Shown here piece after piece: positions 29,554 through 39,674 of a stretch of 64,000 nt of DNA. The first letter of the stretch is position 1. The number at the start of each line of letters is the position of its first letter. Origin of the DNA: Candidatus Lustribacter sp. (GTDB lineage Bacteria > Vulcanimicrobiota > Vulcanimicrobiia > Vulcanimicrobiales > Vulcanimicrobiaceae). The stretch covers positions 96,001 to 160,000 of the forward strand of contig OZ255842.1 of NCBI GenBank assembly GCA_965277805.1, given 5' to 3'. The position numbers and the translations under genes are program-made. Under the pieces are notes generated by a model, which had not been told where the DNA came from, did not search any database, and was given only the letters and a program-made list of their open reading frames with translations.

Positions 29554-30487
29554 GTCATCACGCCGATCCTATCTTCGCAGCGTCGCTGCCGTCGTAACGG
29601 GTGTCGCTCTTGTTGTACCGCTGTCGAGCGGCCGTGCGCCGGCGGCAACGAAACTGACGGTGGCGATCGTCGACAACGACGGATTCCAAGCGTACGTTGC
29701 GCGCGATACCGGATTGTTCCAGCGTGCCGGCCTCGATGTCGACATTCAAAATCTGAGTAAGGGTTCCGCGGTCGCGGCCGCCGTCACTAGCCACGACGTC
29801 GCAATCGGCATCTCGAACATCGTCACGATCGCGCAAGCCGTCGAACGCGGGCTTCCGTTTCAATTCATCGCCCCGGCGTCGATGGAGTTCAGCAGCAGCA
29901 CTCCCACCACGCAGCTGGTCGCGTGGCCGCGGAGCAGCATCCGTTCGGCAAAGGACCTTAACGGCAAAGTCCTCGGTGCGCAAACGACGTCCGGTCTCAT
30001 CCGCCTCGTCGAAGAAGCCTGGATCGACAAGAACGGCGGCGACTCATCAACCGTAACTTATATTGAACTTCCGCCCCCCGCGATACTGCCGGCGCTGGAA
30101 CGCGGCACGATCGCTGCGGCAACGCTGATCGAACCAAACCTGGCGCCCGCTCTTCCGCAAGTGCGCGCCCTCGGCAATCCGTTCGGTGCACTGGGTCCGA
30201 AGCTGATGGTCACCGGCTGGTTTGCGACGACCGACTGGATCGCACAAAATCGAGAAGCGGCCGCGACATTTGCATCCGTCATGAGCGATGCAGCGCGGTG
30301 GGTGAACGATCCGAAGAACAAGACCCAAGTCGCGGCGTTGCAGTCGAAGTACGGTGCCTCGTCAAGTGTGAATCCGTACGCGGTCAGCTTTGATGCGTCG
30401 ATGGTTCAACCCATCTTGGACGGAGCCGCGAAATACAAACTACTTCCACGACCGCTGACCGCCACCGAACTGCTCTTTAAGAAGTAG
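29540..30487 (+). CDS. ABC transporter substrate-binding protein, NMT1/SsuA-like
   Basis: SRRSYL leader with hydrophobic stretch; GLFQRAGLDVDI, DLNGKVLG, WIDKNGGDSST, EP motif; visibly paralogous to 7755-8705. Confidence 0.87.
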   Translation: MRVIKSSRRSYLRSVAAVVTGVALVVPLSSGRAPAATKLTVAIVDNDGFQAYVARDTGLFQRAGLDVDIQNLSKGSAVAAAVTSHDVAIGISNIVTIAQAVERGLPFQFIAPASMEFSSSTPTTQLVAWPRSSIRSAKDLNGKVLGAQTTSGLIRLVEEAWIDKNGGDSSTVTYIELPPPAILPALERGTIAAATLIEPNLAPALPQVRALGNPFGALGPKLMVTGWFATTDWIAQNREAAATFASVMSDAARWVNDPKNKTQVAALQSKYGASSSVNPYAVSFDASMVQPILDGAAKYKLLPRPLTATELLFKK

Positions 30488-30587
30488 CATGTCCCATTGG
30501 CAAGCTCGGGATGCCAAGTAGCGCAGGTCTAGGAGCCCTCAATCGGGGCATAGAAACCGGCCGACCTCTCCTTAGAGAAAGGTCGCT

Positions 30588-32303
30588 ATGGCTCAAACGC
30601 TCCCGTCCACGGATCTTCCAGCCGCTCCGGCACCAGCGCCCGAGAAAATCTCGGGTGGCCATCTCGTCGCGAAGGCGCTGAAGAACGAAGGCGTCGATAC
30701 GATTTTCACCCTGTGCGGTGGACACATCATCGACATCTACGACGGTTGCATCGATGAGGGCATCAAGATCATCGACGTTCGCCACGAGCAAGTCGCTGCG
30801 CATGCCGCCGACGGCTATGCGCGCATGACCGGCGGGATGGGCTGCGCGGTCGTGACGGCGGGACCGGGTACAACGAATACCACGACCGGTATCGCGAACG
30901 CGTTCCGTGCCGAGAGCCCGATGCTGTTGATCGGCGGCCAAGCCGCGCTGAGCCAGCATAAGATGGGCGGCTTGCAAGATCTCGCGCACGTCGACATGAT
31001 GCGGCCGATCACCAAGTTCGCGACGTCGGTGCCGAGCACCGAGCGCGTGGCCGACTTCGTCGCGATGGCCGCGCGCGAGGCGTTCAACGGTTCGTTCGGA
31101 CCGTCATACCTCGAGATTCCGCGCGATATCCTCGATTTCAAAGTCGATCTCACGAAAGCCGTGATTCCGAAGCCCGGTAAGTATCGTGCCTCGACCAAGA
31201 GCATCGGCGATCCGGCCGCGATCCAAGAACTGGCCGATATGATCGTCAACGCGAAGAAGCCGGCGATCTTGCTCGGACAGCAAGTGTGGACGTGCCGCGG
31301 CAGCGAGATCGCGCGCGACTTCGTCGAGAAGCTCAACATTCCGACCTACATGAACGGCGCCGGCCGCGGCACGCTCGGGCCCGATCATCCGCTGAACTTC
31401 CAACTCACGCGCCGCGATGCGTTCGGTGAAGCCGACCTGACGATCATCGTCGGCACGCCGTTCGACTTCCGCCTTGGTTATGGCAAGAGCGTACGCTCGA
31501 AGACGGTCGTGCAGATCGACATGTCGTACGCGACGGTCGGCAAGAACCGCGACATCTCGCTCGGCATGGTCGGCGACGTCGGTGCGATTCTCGCCGCCGT
31601 GCTGCAAGCCACGACCGGCAGTAAAGACAACGGCGCGGCCGCGCGCAAAGAGTGGGTCGCCTCGTTGCGGGCCAAAGAAGATGCCGCGTATGCCGCGCGC
31701 ATGCCGAAGCTGCTCAACGATGCGAACCCCATTCACCCGTACCGCTTGGCGTACGAGATCGATCAGTTTCTCACCAACGATTCGATCTTCGTCGGCGACG
31801 GCGGCGACGTCGTGACGTTCGCGGGCAACGTGGTGCGCCCGAAGGGCCCGGGTCTGTGGATGGATCCGGGACCGCTCGGCACGCTCGGCGTCGGCACGGG
31901 CTTCGCGATGGCGGCTAAACTCGCTAATCCGAATAAGGAAGTCGTCGCGCTCTTCGGCGACGGGTCGTTCGCGATGACCGGCTTCGACATGCAGACCGCG
32001 ATCCGGTTCAAACTGCCCTACATCGCGATCATCGGCAACAACTCGTATATGAATCAGATCCGCTACGGACAGATTCAGAAGTACGGCCCCGAACGCGGCA
32101 ACGTCGGCAATTATCTCGGCGACATCAATTTCGAGAAGTTCGCCGACATGCTGGACATTCACGGCGAAGCGGTACGCGATCCCAAAGAGATCGGGCCCGC
32201 CTTGCGGCGCGCACGCGCTGCGGGGACCTGCGCGATCGTGAACGTCTGGCTCGATCCCAATGCGTACGCGCCGGGGACCGAAAATCAAACGATGTACAAG
32301 TAG
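30588..32303 (+). CDS. ThDP-dependent enzyme, probable oxalyl-CoA decarboxylase / 2-hydroxyacyl-CoA lyase type
   Basis: [33 protein letters not shown]...NN ThDP motif; directly upstream of frc. Confidence 0.8.
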   Translation: MAQTLPSTDLPAAPAPAPEKISGGHLVAKALKNEGVDTIFTLCGGHIIDIYDGCIDEGIKIIDVRHEQVAAHAADGYARMTGGMGCAVVTAGPGTTNTTTGIANAFRAESPMLLIGGQAALSQHKMGGLQDLAHVDMMRPITKFATSVPSTERVADFVAMAAREAFNGSFGPSYLEIPRDILDFKVDLTKAVIPKPGKYRASTKSIGDPAAIQELADMIVNAKKPAILLGQQVWTCRGSEIARDFVEKLNIPTYMNGAGRGTLGPDHPLNFQLTRRDAFGEADLTIIVGTPFDFRLGYGKSVRSKTVVQIDMSYATVGKNRDISLGMVGDVGAILAAVLQATTGSKDNGAAARKEWVASLRAKEDAAYAARMPKLLNDANPIHPYRLAYEIDQFLTNDSIFVGDGGDVVTFAGNVVRPKGPGLWMDPGPLGTLGVGTGFAMAAKLANPNKEVVALFGDGSFAMTGFDMQTAIRFKLPYIAIIGNNSYMNQIRYGQIQKYGPERGNVGNYLGDINFEKFADMLDIHGEAVRDPKEIGPALRRARAAGTCAIVNVWLDPNAYAPGTENQTMYK

Positions 32304-32319
32304 AAAGAACCCTTACAAT

Positions 32320-33570
32320 ATGACGACGACCACAGCGGGTAAGGCCCTCGACGGCATCCGCATCCTTGACATGACCCACGTCCAGTCCGGCCCGTCGAGC
32401 ACGCAACTGCTCGCATGGCTCGGCGCCGACGTGATCAAGGTCGAACTGCCCGGCCGCGGTGACATCACGCGCGAACAGCTGCAAGACATCCCCGGCGTCG
32501 ACAGCTTGTACTTCACGATGCTCAACGGCAACAAGCGCAGCCTGACGCTCAACACGAAAACGCCGCAGGGCAAGATCATCTTCGAAGCGCTGATCAAGCA
32601 TTGCGACGTGCTGGTGGAGAACTTCGGCCCCGGCGTGCTCGACCGGCAAGGGTTCACGTGGGAGAAGATCCAGGAACTGAACCCGCGCATGATCTATGCG
32701 TCGATCAAGGGCTTCGGTCCGGGAAAATTCGAAGACGCGAAAGCCTACGAACCGATCGCGCAAGCGATGGGCGGTTCGATGAGCACGAACGGCTGGGAAG
32801 ATGGGCCGCCGACCGTCACCGGCGTGCAGACCGGCGATTCGGGCACGGGCATCCACACCTGTGCCGCCGTGCTGGCCGCGCTCTACCAGCGCGATCAGCA
32901 GACCGGTAAGGGCCAGCGCATCGTGTGCACGATGCAAGACTCGGTGCTCAACCTGTGCCGCGTGAAGATGCGCGATCAGCAGCGACTCGCGCACGGCCCG
33001 CTCGCGGAATATCCGAATAAGACGTTCAACGGCGTCGTGCCGCGCTCCGGAAACGCATCCGGCGGCGGACATCCCGGCGCGGCGCTCAAGTGCGCGCCGG
33101 GCGGCCCGAACGACTACGTGTATTTGATCTTGCAGCCCCAAATCTGGAAGCCGTTGTGCGAGGCAATGGGCCGGCCGGAACTCGTGACCGACCCGTCGTT
33201 CGCCACCGCGCAAGCGCGCCTGCCGATCATCGCGGAGGTGTTCGGGATCATCGAAGAGTGGACGAGAACGCAGACCAAATACGAAGTGCTCGATCGCTGC
33301 AACGCCATCGACGTTCCGTGCGGTCCGGTGCTCGACATGGCCGAATTACTGGCCGATGAATCGCTGCGCGCGCGCAACATGGTTGCGAAGGTCGAACATC
33401 CCAAGCGCGGCACGTACTACACGATCGGCAGCCCGCTCAACCTCTCCGACTCACCGGTCGAGTACAAGAGCGCCCCGCTGTTGGGCGAACACTGCGCCGA
33501 AGTGCTTGCCGAAGTGATGAACTACGACGCGGCGAAGGTCGAGGAGCTACGCACCGCCGGGGTGATCTAG
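32320..33570 (+). CDS. frc: Formyl-CoA:oxalate CoA-transferase (class III)
   Basis: [43 protein letters not shown] (catalytic Asp), [20 protein letters not shown] glycine loop. Confidence 0.93.
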   Translation: MTTTTAGKALDGIRILDMTHVQSGPSSTQLLAWLGADVIKVELPGRGDITREQLQDIPGVDSLYFTMLNGNKRSLTLNTKTPQGKIIFEALIKHCDVLVENFGPGVLDRQGFTWEKIQELNPRMIYASIKGFGPGKFEDAKAYEPIAQAMGGSMSTNGWEDGPPTVTGVQTGDSGTGIHTCAAVLAALYQRDQQTGKGQRIVCTMQDSVLNLCRVKMRDQQRLAHGPLAEYPNKTFNGVVPRSGNASGGGHPGAALKCAPGGPNDYVYLILQPQIWKPLCEAMGRPELVTDPSFATAQARLPIIAEVFGIIEEWTRTQTKYEVLDRCNAIDVPCGPVLDMAELLADESLRARNMVAKVEHPKRGTYYTIGSPLNLSDSPVEYKSAPLLGEHCAEVLAEVMNYDAAKVEELRTAGVI

Positions 33571-34509
33571 CAGCCACCGTTCGACGCCGGGATGTAACGG
33601 CACGTCCATCGGCGTCGGATCGGTCTCGACAAAGACCTGGCTCAGGCCGGCCGTTCCGTCCTCCCACGGCATCTCATCGCCGCGCGCAGCGAACGCCTCG
33701 CACACGTCGTAGGCCACCTGATCGGGCAGCGCCGCGCTCGCGTAGAGCGGCCAGCCGCTGAAGTCGATGCAGTCGTAGTCACGTTGCAATTTCGGAAAGC
33801 GCTGCTGCGTCAAGTCGGCCTTGCGCCAGCCGAGCGCGCCGATCTTCGCGAAGACGTCGGGTTCGATTTCGATCGGAACGAGCCCGGCTTCCAGCGAGGT
33901 GGGCAGCCACGTGCGGATCCCTTCGTCGAGCACGAGGTCGATCGTGCCGGCGCGCAGTTCTTCGAGGCGCCGTTTGTCGCCGGGTCCCCCGACGCGCTGA
34001 ATCGATCCGCCCCACGCTTCGATATCGGCCAGCGTCATGCCGTAGCATGCCAGCAACTGTTCGATCAGCACGAGCGTCGAGTGGGTGGGATCTTCGCGAA
34101 TCGAGATGCGCAGCGGATGTTTCGCCGCCTTGACGTCGGCGAGCGTGCGGAAGCCGAGCGTCGCGCGCACGGTGATGACGAAACGATCCAAGCTTGGATA
34201 CGCTCCGATGATCCGCACCGGCAATGGTTCGTGGAAGAGACCCGTGCCGCGATACGCTTGCGTGAGCATCGCCGACGGATTCACGAACGCCATCTCGACC
34301 TCGCCCCGGACGACCGCGTGCGCGAGAATCGCCGAGCCGGTCGCGAGCCGCAACGACGGCGTGAAGTGTTCGCCTGAACCGCTGCCGACCGCTATGCACA
34401 TGTCGCGGTTTCCGCCGTAAGGAATATCGGGCCGCGACGCAACGTGTAAGCCGAGTTCCCAGAGAATTTTGGCACGCTTGAAGTTAGCGCCGCGAGGCAA
34501 CGGTTCCAT
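33547..34509 (-). CDS. TAXI-type (TRAP) solute-binding-fold protein with no evident signal peptide
   Basis: [27 protein letters not shown]...[27 protein letters not shown] resemble TAXI SBP motifs. Confidence 0.65.
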   Translation of the reverse strand: MEPLPRGANFKRAKILWELGLHVASRPDIPYGGNRDMCIAVGSGSGEHFTPSLRLATGSAILAHAVVRGEVEMAFVNPSAMLTQAYRGTGLFHEPLPVRIIGAYPSLDRFVITVRATLGFRTLADVKAAKHPLRISIREDPTHSTLVLIEQLLACYGMTLADIEAWGGSIQRVGGPGDKRRLEELRAGTIDLVLDEGIRTWLPTSLEAGLVPIEIEPDVFAKIGALGWRKADLTQQRFPKLQRDYDCIDFSGWPLYASAALPDQVAYDVCEAFAARGDEMPWEDGTAGLSQVFVETDPTPMDVPLHPGVERWLLDHPGGA

Positions 34510-34511
34510 GA

Positions 34512-35984
34512 CTAGCGCCGCAGGTTGACCCAGATGGTCTTCTTGTCGGTGTAATTGTCGATCGCGGCCGGTCCGAGATCGCGGCCCATGCCGGAGTCGC
34601 CGCCGAGGCCGCCCCATGGCAGGCGCGTGTCGCTCTGGCCGTAGGTGTTGATCCACACCGTGCCCGCGCGCAGCTTGCGAGCCATCGCGTGCGCGAGGCC
34701 GACGTCTTTCGTCCACACGCCCGCGGCAAGTGAGAACGGCGAGTCGTTGGAGATGCGCACCGCATCGTCTTCGTCTTTGAACTTGATGACGGCGGCGACG
34801 GGCCCGAAGATCTCTTCGCGCGCGATCTTCATCGAGTTGTCGACGTTGGTGAACACCGTCGGTTCCATGAAGTAGCCCTTCGTGCCGACGCGATCGCCGC
34901 CCGAGAGCAGCGTTGCCCCCTCACTTTTGCCCGAATCGATGTAGCCCATGATCGAGCTGAGCTGTTTCTGCGAGATGATCGGTCCCATATAGGTTTTCTC
35001 ATCGAGCGGATCGCCGACTTTCAACGTCTTCGAACGCGCGACGATCGCTTCGCAGAATTTGTCGTAGACCGCTTCCTGAACGAGCACGCGCGAACCGGCC
35101 GAACACACCTGGCCGCTGTTGAAGAAGATGCCGGCCGCGGCACCCTTCACCGCCGCGTCGATGTCGGCATCGTCGAAAATGATGTTCGGCGATTTGCCGC
35201 CGAGCTCGAGCGTAAGCCGCGTGATGTACGGCGCGGCGCCTTGCATGATCGTCTTGCCCACGCCGGGCGAGCCGGTGAAAGAGATCTTGTCGACGTCGGG
35301 ATTCGTCACGAGCGACATGCCGGCGCCGGTGCCCGGACCGGGCAGAATGTTGAGCACGCCCGGCGGGATGCCCGCTTCGAGCGCGAGCTCCCCCAGGAGC
35401 AGCGCGGTGAGCGGCGTTTCCGACGCCGGCTTCAGCACCACCGTGCAGCCGCACGCGAGCGCCGGCGCGATCTTCCACATCGAATTCATCAGCGGAAAAT
35501 TCCACGGCACGATCGCCGCGACGACGCCGACGGGGACACGTTCGATGTACGTCAACGCGTCGGGCCGTACCGGCACGACGTCGCCCATGATCTTGTCGGG
35601 CCAGCCGGCATAGTATTCGAGGCAGTCGACCATCGCCGGATAGTCTTGCCGGCGCACCGAGCTGATCGGTTTGCCGCCGTCGAGCGACTCGAGCGCGCTG
35701 ATCGCGTCTTCGTTCTTGCGCACCAGCGCCGCGAAGGCGAACATCAGCCGCGAGCGTTCGGACGCGCGCATCGTCCCCCAGGGTCCCTCGGCGAGCGCCT
35801 TGCGGGCCGCGACGACGGCCCGGTCGGCGTCGGCCTTGTCGGCCTTGGCAACGTTGGCGATGACCTCTTCGGTGGCCGGGTTACGGGTCTCGAACGTCTG
35901 GCCGGATGCGGCCTCGACCCACTGGCCGCCGATCAGCAGCTGGGTGGGCGGAATGCGTACCGGGGGCGGTGCGGTCATAGCCAT
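34512..35984 (-). CDS. NAD(P)-dependent aldehyde dehydrogenase
   Basis: IVPWNFP, KPASETP, FTGSPGVG, LELGGKSP, FFNSGQVCSAG, EEIFGPV; start at 35984 or 35978. Confidence 0.96.
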   Translation of the reverse strand: MAMTAPPPVRIPPTQLLIGGQWVEAASGQTFETRNPATEEVIANVAKADKADADRAVVAARKALAEGPWGTMRASERSRLMFAFAALVRKNEDAISALESLDGGKPISSVRRQDYPAMVDCLEYYAGWPDKIMGDVVPVRPDALTYIERVPVGVVAAIVPWNFPLMNSMWKIAPALACGCTVVLKPASETPLTALLLGELALEAGIPPGVLNILPGPGTGAGMSLVTNPDVDKISFTGSPGVGKTIMQGAAPYITRLTLELGGKSPNIIFDDADIDAAVKGAAAGIFFNSGQVCSAGSRVLVQEAVYDKFCEAIVARSKTLKVGDPLDEKTYMGPIISQKQLSSIMGYIDSGKSEGATLLSGGDRVGTKGYFMEPTVFTNVDNSMKIAREEIFGPVAAVIKFKDEDDAVRISNDSPFSLAAGVWTKDVGLAHAMARKLRAGTVWINTYGQSDTRLPWGGLGGDSGMGRDLGPAAIDNYTDKKTIWVNLRR

Positions 35985-36070
35985 GCGCGGGCGCTTCGAC
36001 GCCTGCTCGGCCTTCCCCATTCGGCCGCGGCCCAAGGAACACGCTTCGCCGGTCGCGATGGTGATTGTCG

Positions 36071-36886
36071 ATGGACCATGCCGTCGTGACCGAAGCGATC
36101 GCCGCCGTCGCCGGCTTGGCCATCGGAATTCTCGGCACGCTGATCGGCGCCGGCGGCGGCTTTCTGATCGTGCCGTTGCTCGTGCTGCTCGAGCCGTCGT
36201 GGAGCACCGAGGAAGTCACCGCGTTTTCGCTCGCCGTCGTGACGGCGAATGCGACGATGGGCGCGTTGAGTTACTGGTGGCAGGGCCGCGTCGATCCGTT
36301 CACGTTTCCGCTCTACACGCTGGCGGCGGTACCGGGATCGATCGCCGGCGCGCTCGTTACCGCGTACATCCCGCGTGCGCTGTTCGATCCGATCTTCGGC
36401 GTGGTGCTGATCGGGATCGGCGTGTGGCTTTTCTTGAAGCCCGGCAGCAGCGACGCCGGCGCACAAACGGGCTACTTCGCACGCGTGCTGATCGATCGCA
36501 GCGGACACCGCTACGACTGGTCGTTCGATCCGCGCATCGGCTTCGCGGGCAGCGTGCTGGTCGGCTTCGCTTCGAGCGTGCTCGGCATCGGCGGCGGCAT
36601 CATTCACGTGCCGCTGCTCTCGACCGTACTCGGCTTCCCGGCCCACGTCGCCACCGCGACCTCGCACGCCGTCCTCGCCGTAACCGCCGGTCTCGCGACG
36701 ATCGTGCACATCATCCACGGTGACTACCGCACCACCTGGCCGCTCGTCCTCGCCGCGTCCGGCGGCGCAATCGCCGGTGCCCCCATCGGCGCGCGCCTCT
36801 CCGTCTACGTAAAAGGCGCCGTCATCCTCCGCATTCTAGCGACAGCGCTTGCATTCGTCGGTATACGGTTACTCATGAGCCACTGA
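36071..36886 (+). CDS. TauE/SafE-family (sulfite exporter-like) membrane protein
   Basis: Two repeats, GTLIGAGGGFLIVP and SSVLGIGGGIIHVP...ATATS. Confidence 0.9.
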   Translation: MDHAVVTEAIAAVAGLAIGILGTLIGAGGGFLIVPLLVLLEPSWSTEEVTAFSLAVVTANATMGALSYWWQGRVDPFTFPLYTLAAVPGSIAGALVTAYIPRALFDPIFGVVLIGIGVWLFLKPGSSDAGAQTGYFARVLIDRSGHRYDWSFDPRIGFAGSVLVGFASSVLGIGGGIIHVPLLSTVLGFPAHVATATSHAVLAVTAGLATIVHIIHGDYRTTWPLVLAASGGAIAGAPIGARLSVYVKGAVILRILATALAFVGIRLLMSH

Positions 36887-36899
36887 TGGTAATTTGCTG

Positions 36900-36988
36900 A
36901 TGTCACCCGAGCGCGCAGGCGCGAGGAGTCTCGAGCCCGGCGGTCACTCGGCTTCGAAGCGCGTCCCTCGACAAGCTCGGGATGACAT
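36900..36988. repeat. REP-like palindromic element, copy 1
   Basis: ATGTCACCCGAGC ... GCTCGGGATGACAT termini, between convergent genes; same ends as 53969-54074. Confidence 0.75.
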
Positions 36989-37015
36989 TGGGGGACGTGA
37001 TTCGCCGCAGCGAAC

Positions 37016-39046
37016 CTAGTGCGCGTCGGCGGTGTAGGCTTCGGGGAGGTTTTCCGGATCGAGCAAAACGGAGGTGTTGGGTTCGCCGGGTTTCAGGCGG
37101 GCGACGAGTTCGAAGTTGCGCAGCGGCAGCACTTTGCCTTTGACGAACACCGGCGTGAGCTCGTTGACGATGAAGTGGTCTTTCACTTCGTTGTACGTTG
37201 CCTCGCTGATGATCGTCTGGCCGCCTTTGGCGACGTTGTAAAGACGCGCGGCGGTGTTGACGTTGTCGCCGATCACGGTGTAGTTCAAGCGGTCGCTCGA
37301 ACCGAGGTTGCCCATGACGACCTCACCGGTGTTGAGCCCCATCCCGACCGTGAACAGCTGGCGCCCTTGCGCTTGCCATTCGGTCATCATCTCGAGGATG
37401 CGTTCTTGCTGGCGGAACGCGGCTTCGACGGCTTCGACCGCGTCGATCGTGCCCGGCCGCGGATCGGGCGCGGAGAACACGGCCATCAAGCAGTCGCCGA
37501 TGAATTTGTCGACATAGCCGCCGTGCTCGAAGACGATGCGGCACATCTCTTCGAAGTATTCGTTGAGCTGACCGTAGATTTGTTCCGGCGTCATCTTTTC
37601 CGACATCGCGGTGAAGCCGCGAATATCGGAGTAGAAGATCGTCACCTTGGCGCGCTTGCCTGAAAGATCGAGCGCTTTGAGCGGATCGTCGTGGGAGAGC
37701 ATGCGCGTTACCAGCGCCGGACTGACGTGCTTGCCGAACATCTCGGTGATGACGCGCTTGTCGGCGCCTTCCGTGATCGTCCGGTAGAGTGCGACGAAGA
37801 GCGCGGAGAGAATGATCGCGCCGTCGACGTGGACGAGGTCGATCCAGTGCAGCGTGTAGGCGTAGAAGCCGACCGCAAAGACGGTGTACACGAACGCCAC
37901 GCCGACGGCGAGCGCAACGCCGAGCGTCGCTTTCAGCTGCGTGACGAGGAAGCCGATCACGAAGGCCAGCACGATGATTAGCGTGACGTCGATCCACGGC
38001 TGCACGCGGTGGATGAAGCGGTGGCTCATCAACTGGTCCATCAAGCGAACGTTCGAAAATACCCCGGGATAACGGCCGTTGGGCGTGAGGATGAAGTCGC
38101 CAGCGGCCTGCGCGGTGTATCCGACGACGATCACTTCGTTTTGCGCGAACGCCTTCATCGTGTCCGGATCGAACTTGAGTGCGTCGACCATCGACACTTC
38201 TTGGATGGCCGGCATCGAGAGATCGGCGGTACCGGCACGGCTGGCGAGGCCGTTCGTCTCGCCCTGATCGACGTGTTCGGAAACGTTGAACGGCAGCATC
38301 AGCAGTTTGCCGTTGCCGTCGAGCGGAACGACGGTGTTGCCGAGCCGACCGTGCCAATCGTCGATCGATCCATAGGTCACGCCCATCCAATAGCTCGCGG
38401 TTTCGAGCGCGAGCGTCGGATACACCGTTACCTTCCCGGTCTGCTGGTTGGTCGACGTGATCAGGTATGGTTGACCGACCAGCCAGCCGCCGGGATTGTC
38501 GACCGTCGTCGAACCGACGTGCACCAGCTTCTCGATGTCCGGCGGCGGCTGTTCGAACGACATGATGCCGCCTTGCGTGACGTCGACCGTCATGCCGAGC
38601 ACCGTTGCCTGTTTGCGCAAACCGTCTTCGAACGACGCGTCGACGCTCGGGTCGTGCGAGTGCTCGAAGAACTCGATATCGAAGGCGACGATCTTGGCGC
38701 CGCCCTTGGCGAGCTTGCGCAGCAGATCGCCGATCGCCGTGCGCGCAACCGGGTAGCCGAGGCCTTTGGGCGGATCTTGAAGCGAGGCCTCATCGATCGC
38801 GACGAGACGAATGTTGTCGTTGGGCGGGTCGGTGTCGGGCAGGTGCAACAGCTTGACGAGCCAGGCCTGACCCCGAACGCCGAAGAGCGCGTCGTTGACG
38901 GCGACGAAGTCGCCGACAGTGCTGACCGATGCCAGCGTAGGTGGGGCGAAGTAGAGACCGACGCCGACCGCGGCCGCGATCGCCGACAACAGCATCGCGG
39001 TGCCGATGATCTTGAGGCGGCGAACCTTGATGACCGGGAACTTCAT
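37016..39046 (-). CDS. CHASE2-domain class III adenylate cyclase
   Basis: LVAIDEASL, VAFDIEF (CHASE2); 3 TM helices; FYSDIRGFT, VDKFIGDCLMA, NYTVIGDNVNTAARL (K/T residues typical of ATP-specific enzymes). Confidence 0.93.
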   Translation of the reverse strand: MKFPVIKVRRLKIIGTAMLLSAIAAAVGVGLYFAPPTLASVSTVGDFVAVNDALFGVRGQAWLVKLLHLPDTDPPNDNIRLVAIDEASLQDPPKGLGYPVARTAIGDLLRKLAKGGAKIVAFDIEFFEHSHDPSVDASFEDGLRKQATVLGMTVDVTQGGIMSFEQPPPDIEKLVHVGSTTVDNPGGWLVGQPYLITSTNQQTGKVTVYPTLALETASYWMGVTYGSIDDWHGRLGNTVVPLDGNGKLLMLPFNVSEHVDQGETNGLASRAGTADLSMPAIQEVSMVDALKFDPDTMKAFAQNEVIVVGYTAQAAGDFILTPNGRYPGVFSNVRLMDQLMSHRFIHRVQPWIDVTLIIVLAFVIGFLVTQLKATLGVALAVGVAFVYTVFAVGFYAYTLHWIDLVHVDGAIILSALFVALYRTITEGADKRVITEMFGKHVSPALVTRMLSHDDPLKALDLSGKRAKVTIFYSDIRGFTAMSEKMTPEQIYGQLNEYFEEMCRIVFEHGGYVDKFIGDCLMAVFSAPDPRPGTIDAVEAVEAAFRQQERILEMMTEWQAQGRQLFTVGMGLNTGEVVMGNLGSSDRLNYTVIGDNVNTAARLYNVAKGGQTIISEATYNEVKDHFIVNELTPVFVKGKVLPLRNFELVARLKPGEPNTSVLLDPENLPEAYTADAH

Positions 39047-39067
39047 CTCTACCCCCCGTGCGCGGCG

Positions 39068-39631
39068 CTAGCTCTGCACGCGGCCGATATACCTGCGGTC
39101 GCGCGTGTCGATCCGGATCATGTCACCCGGATTGACGAAGAGGGGCACCTGTACGGTAGCCCCGGTCTCCAGCTTCGCCGGTTTCGTCGTCCCGGTCGCA
39201 GTATCACCCTTGAAGCCCGGGTCGGTTTCCTCGACCTTGAGCTCGACGTGCGCGGCGAGATCGACGCCGATCGGCACGCCGTCGTGAAACTGGACGGCCA
39301 CCCGCATCCCGTCTTTGAGGAAGTCGGCCGGGTCGCCGATCAGCTCGCGCTGCAGGGTGAAGTTCTCGTAGCTCTCGGTATCCATGAAATGGTAGCCGTC
39401 GGCATCGTTATAGAGCATCTGCATGTCGCGGTTGTCGACGGTCGCGCGCTCCAGCTTTTCACCGGCGCGGAACGTGCGCTCGACCGTGGCGCCGGTCTTC
39501 ACGTTCTTGAGGCGCGTCCGCACGAAGGCAGACCCCTTGCCGGGCTTCACGTGGAGGAACTCGATCACGGTCCATAAGTGACCGTCGATCACGATCGTGA
39601 CGCCGTTCCGAAAATCGTTCGAGGAAATCAT
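39068..39631 (-). CDS. efp: Elongation factor P
   Basis: HVKPGKGSAFVR, PGFKGDTATG..KPA.LETGA...VPLF. Confidence 0.98.
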   Translation of the reverse strand: MISSNDFRNGVTIVIDGHLWTVIEFLHVKPGKGSAFVRTRLKNVKTGATVERTFRAGEKLERATVDNRDMQMLYNDADGYHFMDTESYENFTLQRELIGDPADFLKDGMRVAVQFHDGVPIGVDLAAHVELKVEETDPGFKGDTATGTTKPAKLETGATVQVPLFVNPGDMIRIDTRDRRYIGRVQS

Positions 39632-39674
39632 GTCCGGGCCGAGTTAGCTCACCCGGGTGGCCTGCCCTTGACGC

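Noticed and set aside
7700-36900. Catabolic region as a mobile genomic island
   Set aside because: No integrase, transposase or flanking direct repeats seen, and a compositional shift cannot be measured by eye.
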